The notes beneath the pieces are model-generated. The model was given only the letters and a program-made list of their open reading frames with translations. It ran no database searches and was not told where the DNA came from. Both the position numbers and the translations under genes were made by a program. Below are positions 40,054 through 51,276 of a DNA stretch of 64,000 bases, piece after piece (positions within the stretch are counted from its first letter, which is position 1; each line of letters opens with the position of its first letter). The stretch is taken from sequence record MT150133.1, one strand, 5' to 3'. The stretch comes from Enterobacteria phage vB_EcoM_IME540.

Positions 40054-42216
40054 ATGATTAACAAATTGGAACTTAGTGAGTTACCATTTGTTGACGGCGT
40101 ACCTGATGCTCCTCAAAAGCGTATCCAATGGATACGCGAGGGTGATTGTATGTCTGCAGCAAAAACAAAATACGGCAATGAAGGTAATTTGAACGCTGCT
40201 GCTTTAGGAGTTCAGAAAAACGTTGAAGCTCTTGATGCGAATGATTTGAAAACAGCAGATAAAGTTAACGAACTGGTAGAAAACGTTAATAATATCAATG
40301 ATGCCTTAGAAATGGCTACTGATATTTCCGTCATCCAGCAAATTGAGAAAAACCGTGTTGATATCGTGGACCTTAAAAAGGTTACTTCAGAAACAACAGG
40401 AAAATTGGATGAGTTAACCACCAATTTTGATTACTTGCGTGAAGACGTTGGTTACCATGACCCTTTACAAGACGGCCCATATTTAACTGTACGTGAAAAT
40501 ATTGTTCTTCTTAAAACCGAAATAGGTCATTATGAAAACCAGGATATAAATGGCAATCCATTGCCTCCGGGTGAAACCAATGAAGCCACTGGTATGAAAC
40601 GTCGCATCATTGATAATACCACTCAATTGGTCGACCATCGTCTTCGCATTGATACCCTTGAAAGGAATTATGAAGATTCTGACGTCGGGCAACTAGGTAT
40701 TAAATTAAATGAAATTCGTGCTGAACTTGGCCCTCATTCTGATACTGTAGGTAAACAACCGGCTTATACCCGAATTTCTGTATTAGAAACGGCTGCAATT
40801 AATTTCAATACATCTATCGACGAAATTAAGACTAATATTGATTTCTCCGGTATGCCTATAAAGGACCGAGTAACTACTTTAGAAAGCAAAACTCTTACCC
40901 TAGAAAATTCAGTCAACGTTGATTTAAAACCTCGTGTAACATCAATTGAAACCCAAATAGGATCCGAATCAACTCCTACTTCTATTAATGGGCGTTTGAG
41001 CGGTCTTCGCACCGATGTAAATGACCTTAAAACCATAGTAGGTGTTAGTTCAAGTGATGGCTTACGTTTCCAAGTTACTGATATCAACCGCCGTTTAGGT
41101 GGTGAAGTATCTCCGGCAGCTGGGACCATTAATAAGCGTTTAAATGACGTTATTATCCAAGCAAACCAATCTACTTCATCTATCCAGGATATTCAAGTAG
41201 AAATTGGAAATAACCAATCCGGTATTAAGGGTACTTTACTTAAACTCACCAATAAGGTTGACGGGACAAACCCTAACGGTGCTACTGTAGAAGAACGTGG
41301 TCTTATTAACGCGGTTACTTCTTTAGAAACCCAGATGTTAGGTAAGTTGAATGATGCCCCTTCCGATGGTAAACTTTATGCTCGTCGTAATGCTACATGG
41401 ACCGAAGTTCCTAACGTTTCTACTGAAATAGAATCTGTTAAGGATGATTTAGTTGTTACCGATGGTAAAGTGGCAGCTTTAACTTCTAGAGTCGATGGTA
41501 ATGATACCTCAATTTCTTCTCTTGATACTCGCACCGGTGCATTAAACACTTCGGTTGGTGAGATTAAAGCAGATATCGTTACTATAAAGGCTAAAGACCT
41601 TGAACAGGACAGTCGTTTAACAGCACTTGAATCTAGTGATGTTACTGTTAATGGAAAAATAACGGCACTTGAATCTAAAACCGATACCACCGATTCTGAT
41701 GTTACCGCTTTGGCCTTAGATGTGAGTTCTATAGAATCACAATTAATTCCTATTAAAGCTGATATAACTAAGAACAAAGGCGATATAGTTACTTTAACCG
41801 GACGAGTAGCTGCTAATGAAGGTGAAATTGCCGATATTAAATTAGACACCGCTAAAATAGCTCCTTTGGCTACTCGAGTCACTACTGCTGAAGGTAAAAT
41901 TACCACCTTAGAAACAGGTTTGGCAGCAGTTAAAGTTGAATCCGATAAAGTTGCAGGAATCAATACCCGTTTAGGTACGGTAGAAGGTAAAGTTGGTACT
42001 CTTGAAACAGGTTTAGCAGCGGTTAAAGTTGAATCTGATAAAGTTGCTGATTTAGGAACCCGTTTAACTGCGGCTGAAGGTAAAATCACTGCACTAGAAA
42101 CTGAGTTGGCCAAACGCCCTCCTGTTGCTCCTGTTGCTGATGGACTTCCATATGTTCTTGTTGATAATGCGTGGGTGCTATTGTCAGATTTTGTGACTTT
42201 AAACCCAGCACCATAA
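40054..42216 (+). CDS. wac: fibritin (whisker/collar fibre), extended 720-aa form
   Basis: N-terminus LSELPFVDGVPDAPQKRIQWI... and the central EIGNNQSGIKGTLLKLTNKVDGTNPNGATVEERGL match T4 Wac. C-terminal foldon-like DGLPYVLVDNAWVLLSDFV. T4 Wac is 487 aa. Confidence 0.92.
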   Translation: MINKLELSELPFVDGVPDAPQKRIQWIREGDCMSAAKTKYGNEGNLNAAALGVQKNVEALDANDLKTADKVNELVENVNNINDALEMATDISVIQQIEKNRVDIVDLKKVTSETTGKLDELTTNFDYLREDVGYHDPLQDGPYLTVRENIVLLKTEIGHYENQDINGNPLPPGETNEATGMKRRIIDNTTQLVDHRLRIDTLERNYEDSDVGQLGIKLNEIRAELGPHSDTVGKQPAYTRISVLETAAINFNTSIDEIKTNIDFSGMPIKDRVTTLESKTLTLENSVNVDLKPRVTSIETQIGSESTPTSINGRLSGLRTDVNDLKTIVGVSSSDGLRFQVTDINRRLGGEVSPAAGTINKRLNDVIIQANQSTSSIQDIQVEIGNNQSGIKGTLLKLTNKVDGTNPNGATVEERGLINAVTSLETQMLGKLNDAPSDGKLYARRNATWTEVPNVSTEIESVKDDLVVTDGKVAALTSRVDGNDTSISSLDTRTGALNTSVGEIKADIVTIKAKDLEQDSRLTALESSDVTVNGKITALESKTDTTDSDVTALALDVSSIESQLIPIKADITKNKGDIVTLTGRVAANEGEIADIKLDTAKIAPLATRVTTAEGKITTLETGLAAVKVESDKVAGINTRLGTVEGKVGTLETGLAAVKVESDKVADLGTRLTAAEGKITALETELAKRPPVAPVADGLPYVLVDNAWVLLSDFVTLNPAP
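41911..42096 (+). repeat. tandem 93-nt (31-aa) duplication inside wac
   Basis: Copies at 41911-42003 and 42004-42096. TLETGLAAVKVESDKVAGINTRLGTVEGKVG against TLETGLAAVKVESDKVADLGTRLTAAEGKIT. The first ~45 nt of each copy are near-identical. Confidence 0.85.
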
Positions 42217-42217
42217 T

Positions 42218-42240
42218 AAAAGGGCTTCGGCCCTTTTTTG
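42218..42240 (+). terminator. rho-independent terminator after wac
   Basis: AAAGGGC-TTCG-GCCCTTT followed by TTTG. Confidence 0.75.
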
Positions 42241-42241
42241 C

Positions 42242-42249
42242 TATAAATA
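42242..42249 (+). promoter_or_regulatory. late promoter TATAAATA (gene 13)
   Basis: Exact motif, intergenic, 21 nt before ATG 42271. Confidence 0.75.
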
Positions 42250-42270
42250 CGGTTATTAGAGGAATAAACC

Positions 42271-43206
42271 ATGGCAAGTGAATCATATAACCCTAAGCAA
42301 CTCAAGGACGCAATCCTGCGCCGCCTGGGTGCACCGATTACGAATATTGAAGTAACTACAGACCAAGTATACGATTGCATCCAGCGCGCCCTGGAGCTCT
42401 ACGGTGAGTATCATTATAACGGCTATAACAAAGGTTATCAGGCTTTTTATATAGGCCATGATGACGAAGAAAAATTCCGTAACGGCGTATTTGACCTTAA
42501 AGGCCGTAATATATTTGCGGTAACACAAATTTTAAGAACTAATGTAGGTTCTTTAACATCTATGGATGGCCAAGCGACTTATCCATGGTTTACTGATTTT
42601 GTATTAGGCCTAGCTGGTATTAATGGCGGTCTTGGAACTTCTTGTAACAGCTTTGGGCCTAATGCCTTTGGTGCTGACCTCGGGTATTTTACACAATTAA
42701 TGCAATATCGTTCTATGATGCAGGACCTTTTGGTTCCATTGCCTGATTATTGGTATAACGATGCCACTGAACAGTTGAAGGTAATGGGTAACTTTGTTAA
42801 AGGCGATTTTATTGTAATTGAAGTTTATACTCGCTCTTTTAATGGGGTCGATTCTATGGTAGGAAATACCGCAGGATATGGATATGCCTCTGGTGGGTGC
42901 GACGAAAATGAATGGAGCCCCGGAGCTATTTGGGATAACCCGGCTCGTCGTATTTCAGGTATGAGGGCAGGTGAAGACCTTGGTTTGCAAGATGGTTCAT
43001 ATAATAACCGTTGGGTCAAAGATTATGCGACGGCATTGGTTAAAGAAGTCAATGGTAATATTTTGGCCAAACACCAAGGCATGCAACTTGCGGGTGGAAC
43101 CACTGTAGATGGTATTCGATTGATTGAAGAAGCTCGTTTAGAAAAAGAACGCCTTCGCGAAGAATTAGATTTACTCGACCCACCAACACCTATTTTAATT
43201 GGATAA
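42271..43206 (+). CDS. 13: gp13 neck protein
   Basis: 311 aa (T4 309). Synteny wac-13-14-15. Confidence 0.85.
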   Translation: MASESYNPKQLKDAILRRLGAPITNIEVTTDQVYDCIQRALELYGEYHYNGYNKGYQAFYIGHDDEEKFRNGVFDLKGRNIFAVTQILRTNVGSLTSMDGQATYPWFTDFVLGLAGINGGLGTSCNSFGPNAFGADLGYFTQLMQYRSMMQDLLVPLPDYWYNDATEQLKVMGNFVKGDFIVIEVYTRSFNGVDSMVGNTAGYGYASGGCDENEWSPGAIWDNPARRISGMRAGEDLGLQDGSYNNRWVKDYATALVKEVNGNILAKHQGMQLAGGTTVDGIRLIEEARLEKERLREELDLLDPPTPILIG

Positions 43207-43208
43207 TT

Positions 43209-43982
43209 ATGGCTACTTTCGATTCGAGTTTATTTGCCAAGCTGGAAAATAATACTGGCTATGCTAACACGAACGAAACTGAAATAATGAATCCGTTCGT
43301 CAACTTCTACAAGCATGAGAATACCCAAACATTGGCTGATGCTTTAGTTGCTGAGTCTATTCAAATGCGTGGTATTGAGCTTTATTATATACCACGTGAA
43401 TACGTTAATCCAGACCAGATATTTGGCGAAGACCTTCAGAACAAATTTACTAAAGCCTGGAAATTTGCAGGTTATTTGGATTCCTTTGAAGGTTATTCCG
43501 GTGACAATACTTATTTCAGTAAGTTCGGTATGATGGTTAATGATGAAGTAACAATCACAATTAACCCTAACCTTTTTAAACATCAATGCAATGGCACTGA
43601 ACCTGTTTCAGGTGATTTGATTTATTTCCCTATGGATAACAGCCTATTCGAAATTAACTGGGTGCAACCTTATGACCCGTTCTATCAAGTGGGTGCTAAT
43701 GTCCAGCGTCGAATCACTGCTACCAAGTTCATTTACAATGGTGAAGAACTTCGTCCTGAATTACAGAGAAATGAAGGTATTAATATTCCTGAGTTTAGTG
43801 AGCTTGATTTAATGCCTGTTAAGAATATCGACGGATTGGCTGATATCTCCGACATTCAATATGAAGAGGTCAATGAGATTAATGCTGAAGCGGCGGAATT
43901 CGTACATCCTTATGTTGTAATTAATGGACGAGGAGAAGATGCTCCTCCTACAGCATTCGATGATGCTTTTTTAGATGATTAA
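43209..43982 (+). CDS. 14: gp14 neck protein
   Basis: 257 aa (T4 256). Synteny. Confidence 0.85.
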   Translation: MATFDSSLFAKLENNTGYANTNETEIMNPFVNFYKHENTQTLADALVAESIQMRGIELYYIPREYVNPDQIFGEDLQNKFTKAWKFAGYLDSFEGYSGDNTYFSKFGMMVNDEVTITINPNLFKHQCNGTEPVSGDLIYFPMDNSLFEINWVQPYDPFYQVGANVQRRITATKFIYNGEELRPELQRNEGINIPEFSELDLMPVKNIDGLADISDIQYEEVNEINAEAAEFVHPYVVINGRGEDAPPTAFDDAFLDD

Positions 43983-43989
43983 ATAATAC

Positions 43990-44011
43990 ATGGCGCATGG
44001 TGCGCCATTTT
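43990..44011 (+). terminator. hairpin (weak terminator) between 14 and 15
   Basis: ATGGCGCA-TGG-TGCGCCAT followed by TTT. Abuts the gene 15 SD TAGGAGG. Confidence 0.4.
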
Positions 44012-44021
44012 AGGAGGTTTG

Positions 44022-44884
44022 ATGTTTGGACATTGGTATAATAGTTCGCTACGTCGCTATATTGTTTTGATGGGTGATTTATTTTCCCATGTTCAAGTAG
44101 CACGTCAAAGAGAAGATACAGGGCTTAAATTTATTAAAGTTCCTATTACGTATGCTTCTAAAGAAAGATTTATGGCAAATTTGGGTAAATGGACGGCAGT
44201 ACAGAATATTCCAAATCCTAATATGACAGCTAAAGAACGGGCCGAACAAAAAGCTAAAGTGGAAACAGTTCTTCCGCGTATGAACCTCCAAATGGTTGAT
44301 ATGCTTTACAACTCACAATATAAAACAGCCCTTCAAAACAGAACACAAATTCAATTTGAGAATGGCGACCCACGTAAGCGTGTCAGCCAATATTCTCCTA
44401 CTCCGGTTAAAATGATTTTCGAACTGGGTATTTACACTAGAACCCAAGATGATATGTTCCAAATTGTAGAACAGATTATGCCTTATTTCCAACCTCACTT
44501 CAATACAACTATCACTGAACTCTATACAAACGAAATTAAATTTGACCGTGATATCCGTATTGTGTTCCAATCTATAGCAATGGATGAACAATTAGAAGGT
44601 GATACCACTTCTAGACGTCGCTTAGAGTGGTCTATGATGTTTGAGGTTAATGGTTGGTTATATCCTCCTGTGAAGGAAATGGAAGGCGAAATTAAAACCA
44701 TTTATCTTGATTTCTTTGCCAACTCAAAGGAACTCGCTCCTGAAGGTAATTTCGAATCGGTTGATAGCGAAGTGGTTCCTAGAGGTGTAGAAGAAAAAGA
44801 ATGGGACGGTAAGTCCATTCAAACATATTCACAAGATATTCCAGTGCCTGTCGAGCCAGCGCCTCCAGCACCAAGGAGAAACCC

Positions 44885-44888
<4 letters not shown>
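44022..44888 (+). CDS. 15: gp15 tail sheath stabiliser / tail terminator
   Basis: The track start at 44019 is a TTG; ATG 44022 follows [61 protein letters not shown] and [11 protein letters not shown] match T4 gp15. Confidence 0.93.
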
Positions 44889-47198
<2,310 letters not shown>

Positions 47199-47227
47199 AC
47201 AATAAAGCATAACCAAGAGGATTCAAA

Positions 47228-49210
47228 ATGGCTTTATTATCACCGGGCATTGAGCTCAAAGAAACGTCCGTACAGAGTACTGTCGTTCGTAACGCAACGG
47301 GTCGTGCAGCGCTGGTTGGTAAATTCCAGTGGGGCCCTGCTTTCCAGGTAACTCAAATTACTAACGAAGTTGAACTGGTGGATTTGTTTGGAGGTCCTAA
47401 TAACGAAGTTGCTGATTACTTCATGTCGGGTATGAACTTCCTCCAGTATGGTAACGACCTTCGTACTGTTCGTGTTGTTAACCGTGAATTCGCTAAAAAC
47501 GCGTCTCCGGTAGCGGGTAACGTCCAAACCACTATTACTACTGCAGGTTCTAACTATGCGGTAGGCGATAAAATTAATATCAAATATAACCAGACTGTTG
47601 TTGAATCTGAAGGTCGTGTAACTTCGGTCGATACAGACGGTAAAATTCTATCAGTGTTTATTCCTACCGGCAAGATTATTTCTTATGCTCGTTCTGTTAA
47701 CCAGTATCCGAACCTAGGCCCTGCGTGGACTGCTGAAGTTACTTCTGCCTCTTCCGGTGTTTCTGGTACTATTACTGTCGGTAAAATTGTAACCGATTCC
47801 GGTATTCTGTTGACTGAAGCAGAGAACAGTGAAGAAGCTATTACTTCCCTGGAGTTCCAAGCATCTCTTAAACAGTTTGGTATGCCTGGTGTGGTCGCCC
47901 TTTATCCTGGTGAAATTGGTAGTACTCTAGAAGTTGAAATTGTTTCTAAAGCGGCTTATGATGCTGGTTCTACTAAAATGTTGGATATTTATCCAAACGG
48001 TGGTACTCGTGCTTCTGTAGCTAAAGCGGTATTCAACTACGGCCCTCAGTCCGATAACCAGTATGCTATTATTGTTCGTCGTGATGGTGCAATCGTAGAA
48101 TCCGTCGTACTTTCTACCAAAGAAGGCGAAAAAGACGTTTACGGTAATAACATCTATCTGGATGATTATTTCGCTAAAGGCACTTCGAACTATATCTTCG
48201 CTACCTCTCTGAACTGGCCGGCCGGTTTTAGTGGTATCATCAATCTTATGGGTGGTGTATCTGCTAACGATCAGGTTACTGCGAGTGATTTGATGCAGGG
48301 TTGGGATTTGTTTGCCGACCGTGAAGCACTCCATATTAACCTTTTGATTGCTGGTGCCGTTGCCGGTGAAGGTGATGAAGTTGCTTCTACCGTCCAGAAA
48401 CACGTTGTTAGTATTGCTGATGAACGTCAGGATTGCTTGGCATTTATTTCTCCTCCTAAAGGACTGTTGGTTAACGTTCCATTGACTCGTGCAGTAGATA
48501 ATCTTATCGACTGGCGTACCGGTGCAGGTACTTTCGATACCAACAACATGAACATTAGCACCACTTATGCTGCTATTGATGGTAACTATAAATATCAGTA
48601 TGACAAATATAATGACGTAAACCGTTGGGTGCCTCTGGCCGCTGATATGGCTGGTTTGTGTGCACGTACTGATGATGTTTCTCAGCCTTGGATGTCTCCG
48701 GCAGGTTATAACCGTGGCCAGATTCTTAACGTTCTGAAATTGGCAATTGAACCACGTCAAGCACAACGTGACCGCATGTACCAGGAAGCTATTAACCCAG
48801 TTGTTGGTTTTGCTGGCGGTGATGGTTTCGTATTGTTTGGTGATAAGACTGCAACTAAAGTTCCATCTCCGATGGACCACATTAACGTTCGCCGTCTGTT
48901 CAACATGCTTAAGAAAAATATCGGTGATGCCTCTAAATATAAACTGTTTGAATTGAACGACAACTTCACTCGTTCAAGCTTCCGTATGGAAGTTTCTCAG
49001 TACTTAGATGGTATTAAGGCACTTGGTGGGATTTATGAAGGACGCGTGGTTTGTGATACTACAGTGAACACCCCTGCGGTTATCGACCGTAATGAGTTTA
49101 TTGCTAATATCTACGTTAAACCGGCCCGTTCTATTAACTACATCACGTTGAACTTCGTTGCAACGAGCACTGGTGCTGATTTTGATGAATTGATTGGACC
49201 TTTAGTATAA
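47228..49210 (+). CDS. 18: gp18 contractile tail sheath
   Basis: 660 aa (T4 659). MALLSPGIELKETSVQSTV... Synteny. Confidence 0.95.
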   Translation: MALLSPGIELKETSVQSTVVRNATGRAALVGKFQWGPAFQVTQITNEVELVDLFGGPNNEVADYFMSGMNFLQYGNDLRTVRVVNREFAKNASPVAGNVQTTITTAGSNYAVGDKINIKYNQTVVESEGRVTSVDTDGKILSVFIPTGKIISYARSVNQYPNLGPAWTAEVTSASSGVSGTITVGKIVTDSGILLTEAENSEEAITSLEFQASLKQFGMPGVVALYPGEIGSTLEVEIVSKAAYDAGSTKMLDIYPNGGTRASVAKAVFNYGPQSDNQYAIIVRRDGAIVESVVLSTKEGEKDVYGNNIYLDDYFAKGTSNYIFATSLNWPAGFSGIINLMGGVSANDQVTASDLMQGWDLFADREALHINLLIAGAVAGEGDEVASTVQKHVVSIADERQDCLAFISPPKGLLVNVPLTRAVDNLIDWRTGAGTFDTNNMNISTTYAAIDGNYKYQYDKYNDVNRWVPLAADMAGLCARTDDVSQPWMSPAGYNRGQILNVLKLAIEPRQAQRDRMYQEAINPVVGFAGGDGFVLFGDKTATKVPSPMDHINVRRLFNMLKKNIGDASKYKLFELNDNFTRSSFRMEVSQYLDGIKALGGIYEGRVVCDTTVNTPAVIDRNEFIANIYVKPARSINYITLNFVATSTGADFDELIGPLV

Positions 49211-49216
49211 TCTATT

Positions 49217-49301
49217 ATCCCAGGCTGTAATATAAAGAACCTAAAACCATTATACCATGTGTTTGGTTACAGCGTACATCACGTAGAATTGCGCCTGGGA
49301 T
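49217..49301 (+). promoter_or_regulatory. structured intergenic element after gene 18 (function unknown)
   Basis: 9-bp long-range stem ATCCCAGGC/GCCTGGGAT (49217-49225 and 49293-49301) enclosing a second stem GCTGTAA/TTACAGC (49224-49230 and 49267-49273). Confidence 0.45.
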
Positions 49302-49347
49302 TGATTATTCTCTTGGAATATGATTTATCAACTGTATAACTAAAAAC

Positions 49348-49374
49348 GTCGCAGGCGCAATCCTGCGACTTTCT
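49348..49374 (+). terminator. rho-independent terminator after gene 18
   Basis: GTCGCAGG-CGCAAT-CCTGCGAC followed by TTTCT. Confidence 0.7.
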
Positions 49375-49378
49375 GGTA

Positions 49379-49386
49379 TATAAATA
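49379..49386 (+). promoter_or_regulatory. late promoter TATAAATA abutting the HNH ORF start
   Basis: Exact motif, intergenic, only 5 nt before ATG 49392. The expected start site therefore falls at or inside the ATG. Confidence 0.55.
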
Positions 49387-49391
49387 TAAGT

Positions 49392-50075
49392 ATGATTACT
49401 AATACTCTATTTGAAATACCTATAACAAATCGTAACGTTTCTGCTTTTAAAAATCTTGGGTATCAAGTTAAAAGTGGGAGCTCCCATTTAATAAAATTAG
49501 AAGACTGCCCTGGAAAAATTGCTGTTACGTGTAAATGTGATAAATGTGGCACTTATTATACTGTAACAAAAGGGCGACTTAATGAAACCAATTCTAAGTT
49601 CTGTAAAGAGCATCGTTGGGAAGTCTATTCAGAAACAAGAAAAGAATATTGGAATTCTGATGAAGGCATAAAAATCCGTAAAACCAAAGGGCCTAAAATT
49701 TCTAAGTCTAAAAAAGGTATAAAGATTGAAGCTTGTTCAGGACCTAAAAACGGAAGATGGAATCCTAACAAATCTGAACGTAATAAATATTATTATTCAG
49801 TGAGGTCTTTTACTAATAAGACTTTTAAAGAAGAAGTTGATAATCTACCAAATAGACATCTAAGCGGGATATGTGGTGTTAAAGGAGCTTATCAATTAGA
49901 CCATAGGGTATCTATCAAATATGGATTTGAAAATGGCGTCCCTCCCGAAATAATAGGACACATTTGCAATCTAGAAATGATTCCTTGGGAAAAGAATCGA
50001 AGTAAAGATTCTAAAAATAGTATAGATTTAGATATGCTATTCCATTTAATTGAAGAATATGATAGGAAACACTAA
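49392..50075 (+). CDS. HNH homing endonuclease between genes 18 and 19
   Basis: 227 aa. C-terminal HNH core YQLDHRVSIKYGFENGVPPEIIGHICNLEMIPWEKNRSK, an N-terminal Cys cluster CKCDKCG...FCKEH, and a basic linker. T4 has nothing at this position. Confidence 0.75.
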   Translation: MITNTLFEIPITNRNVSAFKNLGYQVKSGSSHLIKLEDCPGKIAVTCKCDKCGTYYTVTKGRLNETNSKFCKEHRWEVYSETRKEYWNSDEGIKIRKTKGPKISKSKKGIKIEACSGPKNGRWNPNKSERNKYYYSVRSFTNKTFKEEVDNLPNRHLSGICGVKGAYQLDHRVSIKYGFENGVPPEIIGHICNLEMIPWEKNRSKDSKNSIDLDMLFHLIEEYDRKH

Positions 50076-50078
50076 CTT

Positions 50079-50570
50079 ATGGAACTTACGGATATCACTA
50101 GGGCCTTCGAGTCAGGTGACTTTGCACGCCCTAACCTTTTCGAAGTGGAAATTCCATTTCTGGGTAAAAACTTTAGCTTTAAATGTAAAGCAGCACCTAT
50201 GCCGGCAGGCATTGTAGAAAAAGTACCGGTTGGCTACATGAACCGTAAAATTAACGTAGCCGGTGACCGTACGTTTGATGATTGGACCATTACCATTTAT
50301 AACGATGATGCACATGACACCCGTCAAGCAATTGTCGATTGGCAGAATCTCTGTCACGGTATGACCAATGAAATTACCGGTGCAGCACCTGCAGAATATA
50401 AGAAACAAGCAGTAGTTCGCCAGTTCCATCGTGACGGCAAGACTGTGACCAAAGAAGTTACAATTTACGGCTTATGGCCTACTAACGTTGGTGAAGTCCA
50501 GATGGACTGGGACTCGAATAACGAGGTAGAAACATTTGAAAGCACATTTGCTATTGACTGGTGGGAATAA
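50079..50570 (+). CDS. 19: gp19 tail tube protein
   Basis: 163 aa, as in T4. Synteny. FARPNLFEVEIPFLG... Confidence 0.92.
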   Translation: MELTDITRAFESGDFARPNLFEVEIPFLGKNFSFKCKAAPMPAGIVEKVPVGYMNRKINVAGDRTFDDWTITIYNDDAHDTRQAIVDWQNLCHGMTNEITGAAPAEYKKQAVVRQFHRDGKTVTKEVTIYGLWPTNVGEVQMDWDSNNEVETFESTFAIDWWE

Positions 50571-50599
50571 GTTTTTACTTTTATAGCAAATTATGATAG

Positions 50600-50607
50600 T
50601 ATAAATA
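50600..50607 (+). promoter_or_regulatory. late promoter TATAAATA
   Basis: Exact motif, intergenic, 30 nt before ATG 50638. Confidence 0.65.
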
Positions 50608-50637
50608 CATTCAAACAATGAAGTCAAGGAGTTTAGA

Positions 50638-51219
50638 ATGTATTGTACTTACTTAACCATATACACGGGGTCTAAACTACCCCGTCGTTATATTGGCTCA
50701 ACATACGTTGAAAGGATTCTCAAAGAAGGATATAATGGTTCTGTATTATCCCAAGCATATAAAAAGATTTGGAATCTAGAACGTAAAGAAAATCCGCACC
50801 TTTTCAAAACCAGAATTTTATCTTTATTTGAAACCGATAAAGAAGCTCGTATAGCTGAGAAAGAGCTTCAAATAAAGTATAATGTAGTTAAATCTAAAAA
50901 CTATATAAATATGTCATTAGCTCAGCCTGACGGGTTCTTTGGAATGTCTCGTAAAGGGATTCCAATGAGTGAACATGCCAAACAGCTACAAAGAGATTGT
51001 AGGTTAGGTAAAAAGAGGCCTGAACATTCTAAAGCTCTAAAAGGACGTAAGCGACCAGACCAAGCCAAAGCTATGTCTGGTGAAGGTAATCCGATGTTTG
51101 GTAAAGAACATCCGGCTAAAGGCAAAAAGATTAATCAGCCAAGGATGATTTGCCCTATCTGTGGTGTTGAATCAACTCGTTCGGCTATAACACGTTATCA
51201 CAAACATGAAAATGAATGA
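50638..51219 (+). CDS. GIY-YIG homing endonuclease between genes 19 and 20
   Basis: 193 aa. MYCTYLTIYTGSKLPRRYIGSTY...GYNGS (GIY-YIG type). NUMOD3-like repeats (PMSEHAKQLQ, RPEHSKALKGRKRP, GEGNPMFGKEHPAKGK). C-terminal CPICG zinc motif. Confidence 0.75.
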   Translation: MYCTYLTIYTGSKLPRRYIGSTYVERILKEGYNGSVLSQAYKKIWNLERKENPHLFKTRILSLFETDKEARIAEKELQIKYNVVKSKNYINMSLAQPDGFFGMSRKGIPMSEHAKQLQRDCRLGKKRPEHSKALKGRKRPDQAKAMSGEGNPMFGKEHPAKGKKINQPRMICPICGVESTRSAITRYHKHENE

Positions 51220-51220
51220 G

Positions 51221-51228
51221 TATAAATA
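51221..51228 (+). promoter_or_regulatory. late promoter TATAAATA (gene 20)
   Basis: Exact motif, intergenic, 48 nt before ATG 51277. Confidence 0.7.
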
Positions 51229-51236
51229 GAATTATC

Positions 51237-51254
51237 AAGGAGCTTCGGCTCCTT
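51237..51254 (+). promoter_or_regulatory. 5'-leader hairpin of the gene 20 late transcript
   Basis: AAGGAGC-TTCG-GCTCCTT, a few nt downstream of the expected late start site. Confidence 0.5.
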
Positions 51255-51276
51255 ATCCCATTCATCGGAGACTCTA

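Noticed and set aside
41376-42380. 334-aa minus-strand ORF antisense to wac and the start of gene 13
   Set aside because: It spans a terminator and a late promoter on the other strand. Its Ser/Thr/Val/Ala-rich low-complexity translation mirrors the coiled-coil repeats of fibritin. No SD or promoter is present.
48587-48594. Exact TATAAATA inside gene 18 coding sequence; a similar minus-strand copy at 9611-9618 is formed by the Tyr-Lys-stop codons of the IP gene
   Set aside because: An AT-rich 8-mer is expected by chance roughly ten times in 64 kb on two strands. These copies are inside coding sequence with no downstream gene start at the usual 20-50 nt. Late RNA from the 9611 copy would include the anti-SD arm. 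I counted only intergenic or stop-overlapping motifs with a properly spaced ATG as promoters.
47927-48880. 317-aa minus-strand ORF antisense to gene 18
   Set aside because: Shadow ORF inside the well-supported sheath gene, with no expression signals.
49211-50078. Group I intron carrying the HNH ORF
   Set aside because: The flanking genes 18 and 19 are complete and separate, each with its own stop or start. Apart from generic hairpins, I could not identify the conserved intron core pairings. A free-standing endonuclease gene is the simpler reading.
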